From a virus: a DNA stretch of 64,000 nt. Of this stretch, positions 52,395-63,702 are shown in pieces (the stretch's first letter is position 1; each line of letters opens with the position of its first letter). Made by a program: the position numbers and the translations under genes. Where the stretch lies: the IMG/VR virus record IMGVR_UViG_3300027747_003046, positions 1 to 64,000 of that record. The stretch is one strand, 5' to 3'. The notes under the pieces were generated by a model. That model ran no database searches. It saw only the letters and a list, made by a program, of their open reading frames with translations, and was not told the DNA's origin.

Positions 52395-52687
52395 GCGATA
52401 AGAAGATTCAAAAATATCTAGAAGAAGCTATCGATAATATTCGTGAAGACAGAAAAAAGGCCGACAGCTTATTGAAAGATATAGCTTCATATATTGGTGG
52501 TAGCCAAGAGCGTCATAGAGAAGTTGGCCTAACAGCGGCCAAATATCTAGAAACACTTCAAAGATCAAATGAGCAACTTGTCAAAATAACCGATATTCTC
52601 AAGAAATCGCTCAAGAGCGAATACGGTGATTTAGATGACAAAGAAAAAGATTCTATTTACGACGAAATAGAAAAGCCAAAAGATTGA
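52391..52687 (+). CDS. coiled-coil hypothetical protein
   Basis: KYLETLQRSNEQLVK. Confidence 0.7.
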   Translation: MSDKKIQKYLEEAIDNIREDRKKADSLLKDIASYIGGSQERHREVGLTAAKYLETLQRSNEQLVKITDILKKSLKSEYGDLDDKEKDSIYDEIEKPKD

Positions 52688-52736
52688 GTAAAAAATCCTT
52701 TATTGAATTAATTACTGTAAGTCGATAGAGGATTTT

Positions 52737-53987
52737 ATGTCACAAAATAAAACAGATTTACCTCCCCAAGATATTCCTTTTGGTCAAAACAATGCTTGGA
52801 TCAGAACAAAAAGACCGACTGTAACAGATTCTGAATTAGAAAGAAAAAGAAGAGAAGAACATACTAATCCTGACGTCTCTAAAGAAGTTCCAGGTCCACT
52901 ATTAGGAATAGCTTTAGAAAATAGCTTTGATATAAAAAAGGGAGAATTTCCAATAGAGTTTGCGGGCTCGAATTACGAAAATGCCGATAAACTGATCGCT
53001 GTAAAGGCCCAGATAATAGAACAAGATAGAGTACCACATCCAGCAGACAAAGATCTTAAATATGAAGATGGAACGCCAATTTCAGAAGAGGCGATGCTCT
53101 TCTTTTTTGATACTTTTATAGCTGTCAGCACAGATGTAAAAGAGCACGTAAATAAAGGCGATTATATTCTAGTAGATTATGAAAACCGTTTAACAAGAAG
53201 TGGTCCCAAATATTATGGTTTGAAATATAAAGGTTCAAAAGACGCAGGCAAGAAAGAAGATAAAAGCTTCACTCAACAAAAAAAAGAGCAAGCGAATTTA
53301 CAAAACACAACTTCGCCGCCAAATGTGGCATCACCAGTTCCTGCTGCTACTCAGACTCCACCTGCTAACACTACAGCTGCTAAGCCCGGTGATCAATTTC
53401 AGTGTGGTAAGTTGGCAGCCCTCGAAAAAACTCCTGGTAATTATCCGGTTGTACCAGCACCGTATGAAATGGTTGAGATGGCAGTTATACCAAATACCGC
53501 TTTTCTTATTTTTCCAAAAAAATACATAAATGCTCTACAAACAATGCGCGCAGCATATGAAAAAGAAACAGGTCAAAAGATGGGTTTAACTAGTGCGTAT
53601 AGAAGTGTCACATTACAACAATGTATGTATGATAGATATATTGCCACGGGTCGTCCTTGGCCACCGGTCGGAGATCCAAGTAAGATCAAGAGCAAATTCG
53701 TCAGTGCTCATGTCACCGGCCGTGCAGTAGACTTAGCAACTCTTAAGCCGTATAATGGACAATTCAAAACTCTCTCTGAAACAAAAGAATATAATAGTCT
53801 TAAGAAGCCAGATAAAAGAGATTTGGCTCTAGAAAAAACAAAAAATGGAGATTTTGGTCCCATTGCTCAATGGCTAGTTAAAAACTCAGAAAGATTCGGA
53901 TTTGTATGGAGTGGTTGGAATTTTCAAGAATTGTGGCACTATGACTTTGTTGAAGAAATAGCTAGAAAAGCAGGATTAATAGAGTAA
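52737..53987 (+). CDS. baseplate-associated protein with M15 (VanY-like) peptidoglycan peptidase domain
   Basis: SAYRS..Q, SAHVTGRAVD, ELWHY. Confidence 0.82.
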   Translation: MSQNKTDLPPQDIPFGQNNAWIRTKRPTVTDSELERKRREEHTNPDVSKEVPGPLLGIALENSFDIKKGEFPIEFAGSNYENADKLIAVKAQIIEQDRVPHPADKDLKYEDGTPISEEAMLFFFDTFIAVSTDVKEHVNKGDYILVDYENRLTRSGPKYYGLKYKGSKDAGKKEDKSFTQQKKEQANLQNTTSPPNVASPVPAATQTPPANTTAAKPGDQFQCGKLAALEKTPGNYPVVPAPYEMVEMAVIPNTAFLIFPKKYINALQTMRAAYEKETGQKMGLTSAYRSVTLQQCMYDRYIATGRPWPPVGDPSKIKSKFVSAHVTGRAVDLATLKPYNGQFKTLSETKEYNSLKKPDKRDLALEKTKNGDFGPIAQWLVKNSERFGFVWSGWNFQELWHYDFVEEIARKAGLIE

Positions 53988-53989
53988 AT

Positions 53990-54991
53990 ATGTCAAATAC
54001 ACCAATTGGTAATTCAAAGCCAAAATTAGATTTACAGAAACTTACTACCGATCTCGCACAGGGTTTTGATAATCCTTCGAATGTTGTCGGATCATCAGGA
54101 GTCAGTGGTGACGACATTGCCGAATTATCTCCCCGATTTGCGCAAACTCGATATGAAACAATTTATCATGGTAAACATGATTCTTCTATCGTTTTAGGAA
54201 GAGATAGAATTGGAGTGTTTGACGGATATGGTATTAATGGAAACACATCCTGCGCAGCAGTTGATATTGTGGTCGGAAGAAAAAGTTCCGATGATAAATT
54301 TGATATAAAACAACAAATAGCATATCCAGATTTCACAACAGACGCAGCAAGAATTTATGTAAGTCAAAAGTCAGATATTGATAAGGCTTTTGGTTTACCG
54401 GCTGGCAAGGGAGGTTTATCCGTAGCACGTTCGGCTATTGCTCTAAAAGCTGACGGACTAAGATTGATTGGCCGTGAAAATCTTAAACTAGTTGTTGGTA
54501 CAGATCAAAAAAATTCACAAGGCGGCAATATCAACACAAGAGTTGGTGTTGAATTACTGGCCGGCAAGATAGAAGATGGCGACCGTCTAATGATAATAGA
54601 AGACGATGCCGAGTCACAGATATCCGAAATAGAATCAGGTGGTATGCAGCCAATTCCATTAGGAATAAATACTGCTTTTGCGATAGACCAGCTAACAGAA
54701 AAGGTTGATAAATTGAGTGGTGTTGTTAGTACTGCTGCCATGATTATAATAGATTATATGAATGAAATGGCATACCATAGCCACAGAAACTTACTTAATG
54801 AATATTTTGGGATACCCGTGCTTCCTTCTGAACAAGCTATCTATGCTAGCACGTCAGCAGCCGCACAATTATTACAATATACAATTGCTGATATAAAATT
54901 ATTCCGTATGGAACTAATTTCTTATAAGAACAATCACTTAAAACCAGCCGGCGCATATTATATAAACAGTAAATATCACAGTTTAAATTAG
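53990..54991 (+). CDS. putative baseplate hub/spike protein
   Basis: SSIVLGRD, IDIVVGR, IALKADGLRLIGR, C-terminal HSH; gene position. Confidence 0.6.
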   Translation: MSNTPIGNSKPKLDLQKLTTDLAQGFDNPSNVVGSSGVSGDDIAELSPRFAQTRYETIYHGKHDSSIVLGRDRIGVFDGYGINGNTSCAAVDIVVGRKSSDDKFDIKQQIAYPDFTTDAARIYVSQKSDIDKAFGLPAGKGGLSVARSAIALKADGLRLIGRENLKLVVGTDQKNSQGGNINTRVGVELLAGKIEDGDRLMIIEDDAESQISEIESGGMQPIPLGINTAFAIDQLTEKVDKLSGVVSTAAMIIIDYMNEMAYHSHRNLLNEYFGIPVLPSEQAIYASTSAAAQLLQYTIADIKLFRMELISYKNNHLKPAGAYYINSKYHSLN

Positions 54992-54999
54992 GATCTATA

Positions 55000-57900
55000 A
55001 TGGCAGAAGAAGTAACAAAGTCAATGTTAAATCCGAGCTCAGTTGAGCTGGTTTTTCCATTACAAACAGAAGTAACAATTGAAATTTCAAAAATACAAGA
55101 ATATATTGCTCAATTGAGCAAATTATTTGCTTTTTATAAAAAGCAACTTCAATTGAATGGCAATGAAATTAAGAACTATGATCTTAGTTCAGAGATTGGC
55201 CCATTAATGACGTTTTTGGTTCAATTAGATATTGCTATAAAAAGCTCAAATATCGCTAAGCCAATAATCACATCAGATCCAAATAAAACTTCCGTATTTG
55301 ATTACGAATTCTTAACTTTAAGAATAATTCCAACACCAGTTGACAATTCTGCTTCTTCGACGGGAATTCAGTTAAATGGTCCTCGAATGTTTGAGGAAAG
55401 AGAATATTCCGATGGTTCCAAAAGACAGACTCTTATATATAATAAAATTGATTATCTGTTTCTCGAAAACAAAACTACCCCCAGAACAATGGCGGTGTTA
55501 TCGACACTACAATTTCCAGCTTTAACTGTTTCCCCATCAACTCTTGCCTTGGTTTTTAATAGTAAGGAAATATTAAAACAAATAAATGCTCCAATTCCAA
55601 GCAGCTTGCTATTGTGTCAAGGAAGACAAACTACTCTTTCTAAGTTGGAAGATGGTTTTTCGTTTTTAGGTTTTGATGTTGGAGGAGTTACTAGCAAAGT
55701 ACTATTAAAAGATTTCTTAAATGCTTATATTCAGCCAATTCAGGAAGTAGTAGCTGCTCCGAAGCCACCAATTCCAAAAGCCTGCACACCAGAAGTAAGA
55801 GACAGACTATCTGTTGTTAGAGCTAGCCTAAATATGGCAGAAATACAGATAGCTTTTGCTGGTGGTATAAATTCTATAGAATTGGATACCAAAAAGAAAT
55901 ATGAAGAAGATAAACAAGAGTTTATTGAATTAACAAAACTTTGTCCTGATTTGATCAGCGAAATAAGTCTCTTTGAAAGCATAAAAGATATTGATAAATT
56001 GGGTAAATTATTTACCGATTTCTTAGAAAAATATAATCTTGCCTGTATTGTTGACGAGGCCATTAAATGTGTAATGCCTCAGATTCCGTGTGATCAAATT
56101 TTAAGAGATTTGACTGTAGATAATTTTGAACAAAGATTACAAACAGCCTTTCCCCATCAGAAAAATATTATTCACGCAATAACCCTCAACATAAACGAGG
56201 CTTTGGAAAAAGAAAATAGAAGACGTGCCGACGCTGGTGAACAGCCATTAGAGCCTGCCGCCCAAACACAGATTGTTCTAGATAATATCAATAAAGTTAT
56301 CGATCTAGAAGCATTGTGTAAAATCGATATTGAGGCCATCGTTGAACTAATAAAGAATCTTTTTAATATCAAATTGCCCTCTTTTAATTTGTTTGATTGG
56401 CAATTTAATTTTAAAATAGATCTTAATCTAGCAATCATAGAAGCACTTCTGAAAATGCTTTTATCGATGATTGAACAAGTCTTGAATGAATTGGTTGGCT
56501 GCGATGCTTTGGATGGTCTTATAGCAGGAATCATAAATTCAAATGTAGACGCTCCAACAGGTTTGTATGGAGATGTAGCAGCAATGTTCGGCGGAGATTT
56601 TGATTTTTCTAATTTTCAAGGAACTGCTGCTAATGGTATTCAAAATTTCTTGACACAGAGCGGCGACCAACTATCTAAAATTCTTGTATTTGAATCAAAA
56701 TTAGGTAACAATCTTTTGGGCAGTTTTGGCGTTTCTGGAACTCTTGGATTTGGCAAAAACGCCGATAATATTTTAGCCGGTAATGTTGGTACCGAATTGA
56801 ATACATTCGGTGGCCTCGTTAGAGCGTCGACTCATACAACCGGTGGAGTCGGTATCGCTGGTTTTCAGATATCACCAACTTCTTTTACCGGCATAATTGA
56901 TGTTAATACTCTAGCATCAACAGAAAAACAGGCAGACTTTTTAAAAGAAATTGGACAATTCCAGTTAACTACTGACGGTACAACCACGAATGCCGTTAGA
57001 ATATCTGATGACTCTTTAGTTCAATTGTTGAGTTCTTCTAATAATATAGAAATAGCCAGAACTGTTCCGGCTACAAGGGAGCAACAACTTGAGCAAGATG
57101 TTTATACTCCTCTTAAGACTAGAAATAAGAATCGTCATATTTTAAAGGCTTTAGTCAATATAAATCAAACGGAAAATGTTGCGCAATTAGTGGTTCCTCA
57201 AGCATCACTAGCAGATCAACTAAAAGAATATGTTAAAACATGTTTTGCGTTATTGTCACCATCTGAGGTTATTGATTTAATAACAGCCAATCCAAGCTTG
57301 GAAGTCAAATTAACAATTACAGAAATAGCAAGAATACGATTTCCATTACTTAACGCAATTCTGAAATATCCAGAACGTCATGCCTTGTTGTTTGCTTCAT
57401 TTGGCAAACTAACCAAACTTGATAGTATTGGTCCGAGATTACAAATTCTTTCATCAGATCCAACCGTAAAAGAAAAAATGGTTGATCCAAATATTTGTGC
57501 TCCTTTCTCAAATCTTCGTGATTTTAGAGAAAACTTAATGACACAAGTGTTATCGCAAGAACTAGCCAATAGATTAATGGACGATCTTGTGGAAGATGAT
57601 CGTAATCGTGCCAATAAATTATTAAATAATCTAGCAAAGAAGCCGCCAATTGTGGACTTGATGACAAACCCATCAGCACTGGCTCCAAACAAGACTCCCG
57701 ATGGAAAGCAGATTGAAGAAATTGATAGAGCGATAGCAAATACTTTGTCTAATCTTTTCGATCAAATCAAGCTATCATTCGACAAAGAGATAGAGGCATA
57801 TCCAAACGCTTCTGCCGCAACAATAGAAGTAGAAGAAAAAATTACCAAATATACCGATGTTAAGCCAAAAGAGGTAACAGGATTTACAAAACCTGATGAT

Positions 57901-60900
57901 GTGACTGGTAATGATAGACCAATAAATCAAGAATATACAAATATTAAAAATATTACAAATACAGAGGGAGTTAAGGATTCAAACGGCAACTACAGAACAA
58001 TTAACGGAGAACGGGGAAATTATTATTTTACAAGGAAGATACACAAAAGAAAACATGGTCAATTAATACACAGTGTTTTTGGTGGTATAAAAAATAAATT
58101 TAATATTAATAATATTATTTTTGATATTAATTCTTCTGGAATTCTTCCATTAGAGATCGATCAAACTCTTTCGAGCATTAAACAAGAAGGAAGTCTTTCT
58201 TCTGGAAGTTATGAATTTGTACCAAGATGGAATCTTAAATACGTCGAAACAACAGGCTCTTATTTATTTGATATTAGGACAGCAGGACAGATACCAGTAA
58301 CATCTGGTAATACTATAAAATATGCCGAAAAACTAAAGTTTACAGGAAGCATATCCGATGAAAATCCATTAATAATAGAGGAGATAAGACTAACTGGTCT
58401 ATCTAATGAATTACAAAATATATCGCGAAATAATATATTTTATAAATTATTAAATCCGGCATTTAAGAATATGGCACCGGTTCTAAAAAAAGCAAATGGA
58501 AGTCGATTGGATACGATTTCTTATGATGAAGGATTATCCGAGTATATATTGGAAATATACCAGAGCTTTTTAAATAGAAATTTGTTAGATGCGCCTTATG
58601 ATGCTCCGCTACTACAAAATTCAAAAGCATCGCAGATGTTGGATGATATCAAGAATATCTTGTTGAGTCTTGTTGATTTTACTCCGTTGCCAACAGAACA
58701 GGAGAAAGCTTGCGGAATAGATACTCACTTGCTACAGCTGGAAGCTGTTAAAAAGCGCGTAATAAAAGAATTTAATTCATCGGTTCCAGATAACCTTGTG
58801 AGTAAAAATTCACAAATAAACACAAGATATTCCGACTCAAAACCTGGACATTTATCAGAAAAGATAATGACCGGTCTTGCCGAGACTCTAATAAGAACAT
58901 CTGTAATACACAATATTTTCAAAGGTTTGTTTTTGTTTGATAAGTACAATTACAGGTTTGATGTATTCTCTGTGCCAGAAATTATTTATATATTCTTTGA
59001 GCACACTGTAAAAAATGACATTAAGAACGCAAAACTTGAAAATGATTTCCAAAAAGAAATAGAAAAAATTTATAATTTATACAAAAAAGACGAAAAACAT
59101 CTAATACCGGAAGATGATACTGGCTCTAATAAGTTGAGAAGTATTGTAAAATATCATATTGATTCTGTTCTTAAGATTTTAAAAACAATTGTTCAATCTT
59201 ATAAAAATCCGCAATCTATAAATGCGCCAAATACAACACCGGATTCATCCACTCAGATACAACTAGCACCTGCACAATTACAACAAAAATTCGATCTTTT
59301 TACACAAGGATTTGGACTTGGTTCAAGTTTTTTAAATAATAATGCTAATTCTGATTTACAGATGCAAACAATGATATCATTAGTGGCAACTAGTACTAGT
59401 CCCGGTATTGCTGATGCGATTACTAGAATGTATAACGAGACTTTAGGTATACCAATAAATAATGATATTATTGCTACAAAAAATAGAAATATTTTCCTAC
59501 AATCTTTGGCAAGAGCAGAACCATATTCAAATTTTTATGAAAAATATAACTATTTTACACCACCTGAAGATATGCCACCACCAAGTGATAGCGAAAATGA
59601 CGAAGTATCAGAACCACTACATTCTACTGTTCCCACGACGGGCGATATATATAATTTATATAAGCCGGAATCGACGTTTGCTAAATTTACTAGCAACTTA
59701 AGTCACCATATCTATAATAGTAATAATCCTACTGGATACCAATTCATTCTAGAAAGATATGTAAAATTTGACTTCAAAAGTCCCTCTACAATAGACGAGC
59801 CACAGATATTTAAAGATACAAAAAAATTCTTTTCTGAACATCTACAACTAAATGGAGTTGTTAATTTAAAGAATTTTGAAGAAATAATGTTTGTAATTCT
59901 TTATATAATAACAAATTCTACACACAGAACAACACTTTATAAGAAAAACGCCACCAACTATGAAACTAATGGTTTCTGGTTCAATAGTCCGCCAAAATTT
60001 GGTTACAGAATTTGTTTAGTAAAAGATTATGCTGGTGTTGGTAATTTATCGAAAATCGACAATGGTTTTTACAATGGAATGGTAATTGGTATGCAAAATC
60101 CGGCTACATTCTATTTTGCTGACGATTCAACATCAACGAATACTGGCGAAGATTATACAACGCTAGATAATCATAAGAGATTTAAAACAGGCTTAATTCA
60201 AACATATACAAGTCAAAATATTGATGATTCTGTTAGCAGAGATATGGCAGCTGCCCACAGACAGCAGCCAGATGCTTTAATATTAAAAAATCTTAGAAAG
60301 AATTTAGTTGTACCAGTTATAGAAAAAGAAATAGAATTCCCAGAAGAATTATATAATTTTGATAACACCAACCTTCCACCAAATTTTTATAATAATTATA
60401 TTGCCGCTTTCCTTCCACATTTACAAGAGGCAGTAGAAAGAAAAATGTTAGCAGATCCAACATACGATATTTTAGTAAATTTGTGTTTAATAGAGGGAAT
60501 GTCAAAAACTTTTTCTCTAATCAATAGCATGGTCGGTATGGCTAGTGAGCCAATGTTCAAGCTGCTCGATGGTACAAAAGAATTAATTCGTAAAAATTAC
60601 GAAATTCAAAAAAATAGCGGTAATTTTAAGAGCAGAGACAATAGAGGAGCTTACGAAAAACAGAAGAAAGCTAGTCAAGAAGCGCCACCTGCCGTTGATT
60701 TTCTAAAAGCTTCCGCTACGATTCCGATTAATATGTTAAAAGGTTTGGCTACTGCTGTAGATCCAAACATATTCTTGGCCGATAAGATTGTTTTGGCAGG
60801 TAAAACAGGATTTGTACAGCCAAAATTCAGGAGAGTTGAAGCCGGTGAAGTAGTGAAGATAGAAGGCTCAAATCAGACAAAAACAATAACATCAGATGAA

Positions 60901-61431
60901 GCCGGCGTAGCATATGATGGTTATTACAATTATCTAGAAACCGGAGAGATGGAAATTAAAATAAATCCAGCCGGTCAAGGTAATCCATACACCGAGTTTA
61001 CCGTAATGGCACAAGTCGATCCACAAACCAACAAAGTCAAGAAAGTAAGTGGAAAAGTTGTAACAAAACAGGGAACTAATGTGAGTGGGGTGCCTTATGA
61101 TCTTAGAACCAAGGCTTATGTTGATTCTAGCTTTAATGACGAACAAGAAGTCGATTCTTTCGATATAAGAAACAGTACGCCAATTTTCCCCGGCGAAAAA
61201 ATAAATATTCCTTATTCTGTTGCTTCATTGTTGTTAGCACCGTTCCCAATATTTGGTCCTTCATCGTTAACAACTTACAATGTTGCTATGCCATTTGGAC
61301 CATTATTCTTGGCGCTAGAACCATTGATATTTGAAACACCAGAATTTAAGGCATCGATTCCCAAGAAAGAGAAGCAGATAGCAAAAGATGAAAATGGGAA
61401 TACAATTTGTGACGATAAAAAAGAAGGATGA
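55000..61431 (+). CDS. very large (2143 aa) putative tail/baseplate structural protein
   Basis: uninterrupted ORF between hub and wedge genes; no recognised motif. Confidence 0.7.
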   Translation: MAEEVTKSMLNPSSVELVFPLQTEVTIEISKIQEYIAQLSKLFAFYKKQLQLNGNEIKNYDLSSEIGPLMTFLVQLDIAIKSSNIAKPIITSDPNKTSVFDYEFLTLRIIPTPVDNSASSTGIQLNGPRMFEEREYSDGSKRQTLIYNKIDYLFLENKTTPRTMAVLSTLQFPALTVSPSTLALVFNSKEILKQINAPIPSSLLLCQGRQTTLSKLEDGFSFLGFDVGGVTSKVLLKDFLNAYIQPIQEVVAAPKPPIPKACTPEVRDRLSVVRASLNMAEIQIAFAGGINSIELDTKKKYEEDKQEFIELTKLCPDLISEISLFESIKDIDKLGKLFTDFLEKYNLACIVDEAIKCVMPQIPCDQILRDLTVDNFEQRLQTAFPHQKNIIHAITLNINEALEKENRRRADAGEQPLEPAAQTQIVLDNINKVIDLEALCKIDIEAIVELIKNLFNIKLPSFNLFDWQFNFKIDLNLAIIEALLKMLLSMIEQVLNELVGCDALDGLIAGIINSNVDAPTGLYGDVAAMFGGDFDFSNFQGTAANGIQNFLTQSGDQLSKILVFESKLGNNLLGSFGVSGTLGFGKNADNILAGNVGTELNTFGGLVRASTHTTGGVGIAGFQISPTSFTGIIDVNTLASTEKQADFLKEIGQFQLTTDGTTTNAVRISDDSLVQLLSSSNNIEIARTVPATREQQLEQDVYTPLKTRNKNRHILKALVNINQTENVAQLVVPQASLADQLKEYVKTCFALLSPSEVIDLITANPSLEVKLTITEIARIRFPLLNAILKYPERHALLFASFGKLTKLDSIGPRLQILSSDPTVKEKMVDPNICAPFSNLRDFRENLMTQVLSQELANRLMDDLVEDDRNRANKLLNNLAKKPPIVDLMTNPSALAPNKTPDGKQIEEIDRAIANTLSNLFDQIKLSFDKEIEAYPNASAATIEVEEKITKYTDVKPKEVTGFTKPDDVTGNDRPINQEYTNIKNITNTEGVKDSNGNYRTINGERGNYYFTRKIHKRKHGQLIHSVFGGIKNKFNINNIIFDINSSGILPLEIDQTLSSIKQEGSLSSGSYEFVPRWNLKYVETTGSYLFDIRTAGQIPVTSGNTIKYAEKLKFTGSISDENPLIIEEIRLTGLSNELQNISRNNIFYKLLNPAFKNMAPVLKKANGSRLDTISYDEGLSEYILEIYQSFLNRNLLDAPYDAPLLQNSKASQMLDDIKNILLSLVDFTPLPTEQEKACGIDTHLLQLEAVKKRVIKEFNSSVPDNLVSKNSQINTRYSDSKPGHLSEKIMTGLAETLIRTSVIHNIFKGLFLFDKYNYRFDVFSVPEIIYIFFEHTVKNDIKNAKLENDFQKEIEKIYNLYKKDEKHLIPEDDTGSNKLRSIVKYHIDSVLKILKTIVQSYKNPQSINAPNTTPDSSTQIQLAPAQLQQKFDLFTQGFGLGSSFLNNNANSDLQMQTMISLVATSTSPGIADAITRMYNETLGIPINNDIIATKNRNIFLQSLARAEPYSNFYEKYNYFTPPEDMPPPSDSENDEVSEPLHSTVPTTGDIYNLYKPESTFAKFTSNLSHHIYNSNNPTGYQFILERYVKFDFKSPSTIDEPQIFKDTKKFFSEHLQLNGVVNLKNFEEIMFVILYIITNSTHRTTLYKKNATNYETNGFWFNSPPKFGYRICLVKDYAGVGNLSKIDNGFYNGMVIGMQNPATFYFADDSTSTNTGEDYTTLDNHKRFKTGLIQTYTSQNIDDSVSRDMAAAHRQQPDALILKNLRKNLVVPVIEKEIEFPEELYNFDNTNLPPNFYNNYIAAFLPHLQEAVERKMLADPTYDILVNLCLIEGMSKTFSLINSMVGMASEPMFKLLDGTKELIRKNYEIQKNSGNFKSRDNRGAYEKQKKASQEAPPAVDFLKASATIPINMLKGLATAVDPNIFLADKIVLAGKTGFVQPKFRRVEAGEVVKIEGSNQTKTITSDEAGVAYDGYYNYLETGEMEIKINPAGQGNPYTEFTVMAQVDPQTNKVKKVSGKVVTKQGTNVSGVPYDLRTKAYVDSSFNDEQEVDSFDIRNSTPIFPGEKINIPYSVASLLLAPFPIFGPSSLTTYNVAMPFGPLFLALEPLIFETPEFKASIPKKEKQIAKDENGNTICDDKKEG

Positions 61432-61464
61432 TTAAAAACCTTTTATTAATATAATTATTGTATT

Positions 61465-61866
61465 ATGCGTAACGGCCTTACACCATCCTTCCCATTTCAA
61501 ATAGATACTCAAGATAGCGATTATATTCTTATTAATAAAACTAATGATCTAGTTAGACAGAATTTAACAAATCTGATTTTAACAAATCCTGGCGAAAGAA
61601 TAATGAATCCACAATTTGGTGTTGGAATAAAAAAATATTTGTTTGAAAATAAAACTTATTCATTAACAAATACAATAAAAAATTCAATAAATAACCAAAC
61701 AAAAAAATATATGCCATTTGTTTCTATTGATGGTATAGATTTTTACTCAGACGAGCAAAATCCAAATTTTTTGGGAATTACAATATCATATACAGTAATT
61801 CCAACATCAACAAGCGATATTCTTCGTTTAAATTTTGACTTGTTAACGCAAACTTTATTAAGATAG
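61465..61866 (+). CDS. baseplate wedge gp25-like protein
   Basis: QNLTNLILTNPGERIMNPQFGVG. Confidence 0.92.
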   Translation: MRNGLTPSFPFQIDTQDSDYILINKTNDLVRQNLTNLILTNPGERIMNPQFGVGIKKYLFENKTYSLTNTIKNSINNQTKKYMPFVSIDGIDFYSDEQNPNFLGITISYTVIPTSTSDILRLNFDLLTQTLLR

Positions 61867-61899
61867 CAGAAAATAAACTAGTTATAACGAGGTTAAAAA

Positions 61900-63702
61900 A
61901 TGCCAAAAAAGAATGTACCAATAAATTATTCTGCTAGAGATTTCGCGTCAATAAAAGAGTCACTAGTTCAGCACGCTAAGAGATATTATCCAGAGTCTTT
62001 TAGAGACTTTAATGAGGCCGGCTTCGGTTCATTGATGTTGGATACTGTTTCTTATGTTGGTGATATTCTTTCTTTTTATCTCGACTATCAGGCCAATGAA
62101 AGCTTTTTAGATACAGCTATTGAGTTCAATAATGTTGAAAAAATGGCAAGGCAGATGGGTTTCAAAGATACTGAAACTCCAACATCTCATGGTATAGCGA
62201 CATTCTTTATTTTAATACCAGCATCTCAAACCGGTTTGGGACCAGATTATACATATATCCCTATTCTTAAGAAAAATTCTACACTGGCAACCTCAAACGG
62301 TAATCAATTCATATTAAACGAAGATGTTTTCTTTAATTCAGTTGATAATGAGACAGTAGTAGCTAGAGTCAATTCTACAACTGGCTTGCCAACTTCTTAT
62401 GCTATAAAAGCCTATGGCAGAGTAATTTCAGGGGTATATGAGCAAGTTGTAATCGAAACTGGCGATTTTGAAAGATTTAAAAAATTAAGATTACCGATTG
62501 GTAATTTGGCAGAAATCATAAAAGTAGAAGACGAAGAAGGTAATGAATACTTTCAGGTAGACTATCTAACTCAGGATGTAATATATCGTCCGATAGTCAA
62601 CAGGGCCGGTTCAAACAGCACAAGTAACACTAGTGCCTTTTTAAGACCAATTACTGTTCCAAGAAGATTCGTTTTAGAAAAACTAAATGGTAGTTACTAC
62701 CTTCAATTCGGTCAGGGTCAGGATAAAACAAATAAAAACCAAGAAAGCGTTGCCGATCCTTCTACTGTGGCATTAAAAGTTTATGGAAAAAATTATATTT
62801 CTGGAGATTCTTTTGATCCAACTAATCTCATAGAAACAGATAAGTTTGGAATTGTGCCTGTTAACACAAAATTGACAATCACGGTTCGAACAAATAGTGC
62901 TTCAAATGTCAATGCGAGCGCCGGCAGTCTCAAAAAAGTAACAAGAGCTATTTTTGAATTTCCCGATCCGATGGCAATCAGTGCTGATGTAAAAAGTCAA
63001 ATTAAAAAATCTCTTGAAGCAACAAACGAAGAACCAATAGTTGGTGATACAAGACTAGTTACTTCAAAAGAGTTGAAAGTAATAGCTGGTTCTGCTTATG
63101 CTACCCAGAGCAGAGCAGTAACAAAAGAAGACTACAAGGCTTTGTTGTATAAAATGCCAGCCGAATTTGGTAGAGTTAAGAGAGTCAATATAGTAAGAGA
63201 TCAGGATTCTTTTAAAAGAAATCTAAATCTTTACGTTGTCTCAGCCGATGAAAGTGGCTATCTGGTTCCAACAAATATTGTTGTAAAACAAAATCTTAAA
63301 ATCTGGCTGAATAAAAATAGAATGATTAATGATACTATTGATATTTTAGATGCCAAAATAATTAATTTTGGTATCGATTTTAGTGTTATAGCAGATTTGG
63401 AAGCCAATAAATTTGATGTAATGACCGACTGTAAAAATGCTATAATGACAGAATTTTTGAGAGTTCGCGAATTAGGAGAACCTCTGTTTTATTCAGATGT
63501 TATTAAAATTTTAAAAGATATAAAAGGCGTATTAGACGTCGTTAGAGTAAAGATTTATAATAAAACCGGAGATCTGTATTCTAACGTCTTTTATGACATG
63601 GATAAATATTTATCATCAGATGGTAGATATATAAATTGTCCAGATAACGTTGTTTTTGAACTTAAATTTCCAAACACAGATATTAAGGGAGTTGTGCTCT
63701 AA
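61900..63702 (+). CDS. baseplate wedge gp6/J-like protein
   Basis: RDFASIK..DFNEA..SFYLD..NESFLDTA; QSRAVTKEDY. Confidence 0.9.
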   Translation: MPKKNVPINYSARDFASIKESLVQHAKRYYPESFRDFNEAGFGSLMLDTVSYVGDILSFYLDYQANESFLDTAIEFNNVEKMARQMGFKDTETPTSHGIATFFILIPASQTGLGPDYTYIPILKKNSTLATSNGNQFILNEDVFFNSVDNETVVARVNSTTGLPTSYAIKAYGRVISGVYEQVVIETGDFERFKKLRLPIGNLAEIIKVEDEEGNEYFQVDYLTQDVIYRPIVNRAGSNSTSNTSAFLRPITVPRRFVLEKLNGSYYLQFGQGQDKTNKNQESVADPSTVALKVYGKNYISGDSFDPTNLIETDKFGIVPVNTKLTITVRTNSASNVNASAGSLKKVTRAIFEFPDPMAISADVKSQIKKSLEATNEEPIVGDTRLVTSKELKVIAGSAYATQSRAVTKEDYKALLYKMPAEFGRVKRVNIVRDQDSFKRNLNLYVVSADESGYLVPTNIVVKQNLKIWLNKNRMINDTIDILDAKIINFGIDFSVIADLEANKFDVMTDCKNAIMTEFLRVRELGEPLFYSDVIKILKDIKGVLDVVRVKIYNKTGDLYSNVFYDMDKYLSSDGRYINCPDNVVFELKFPNTDIKGVVL

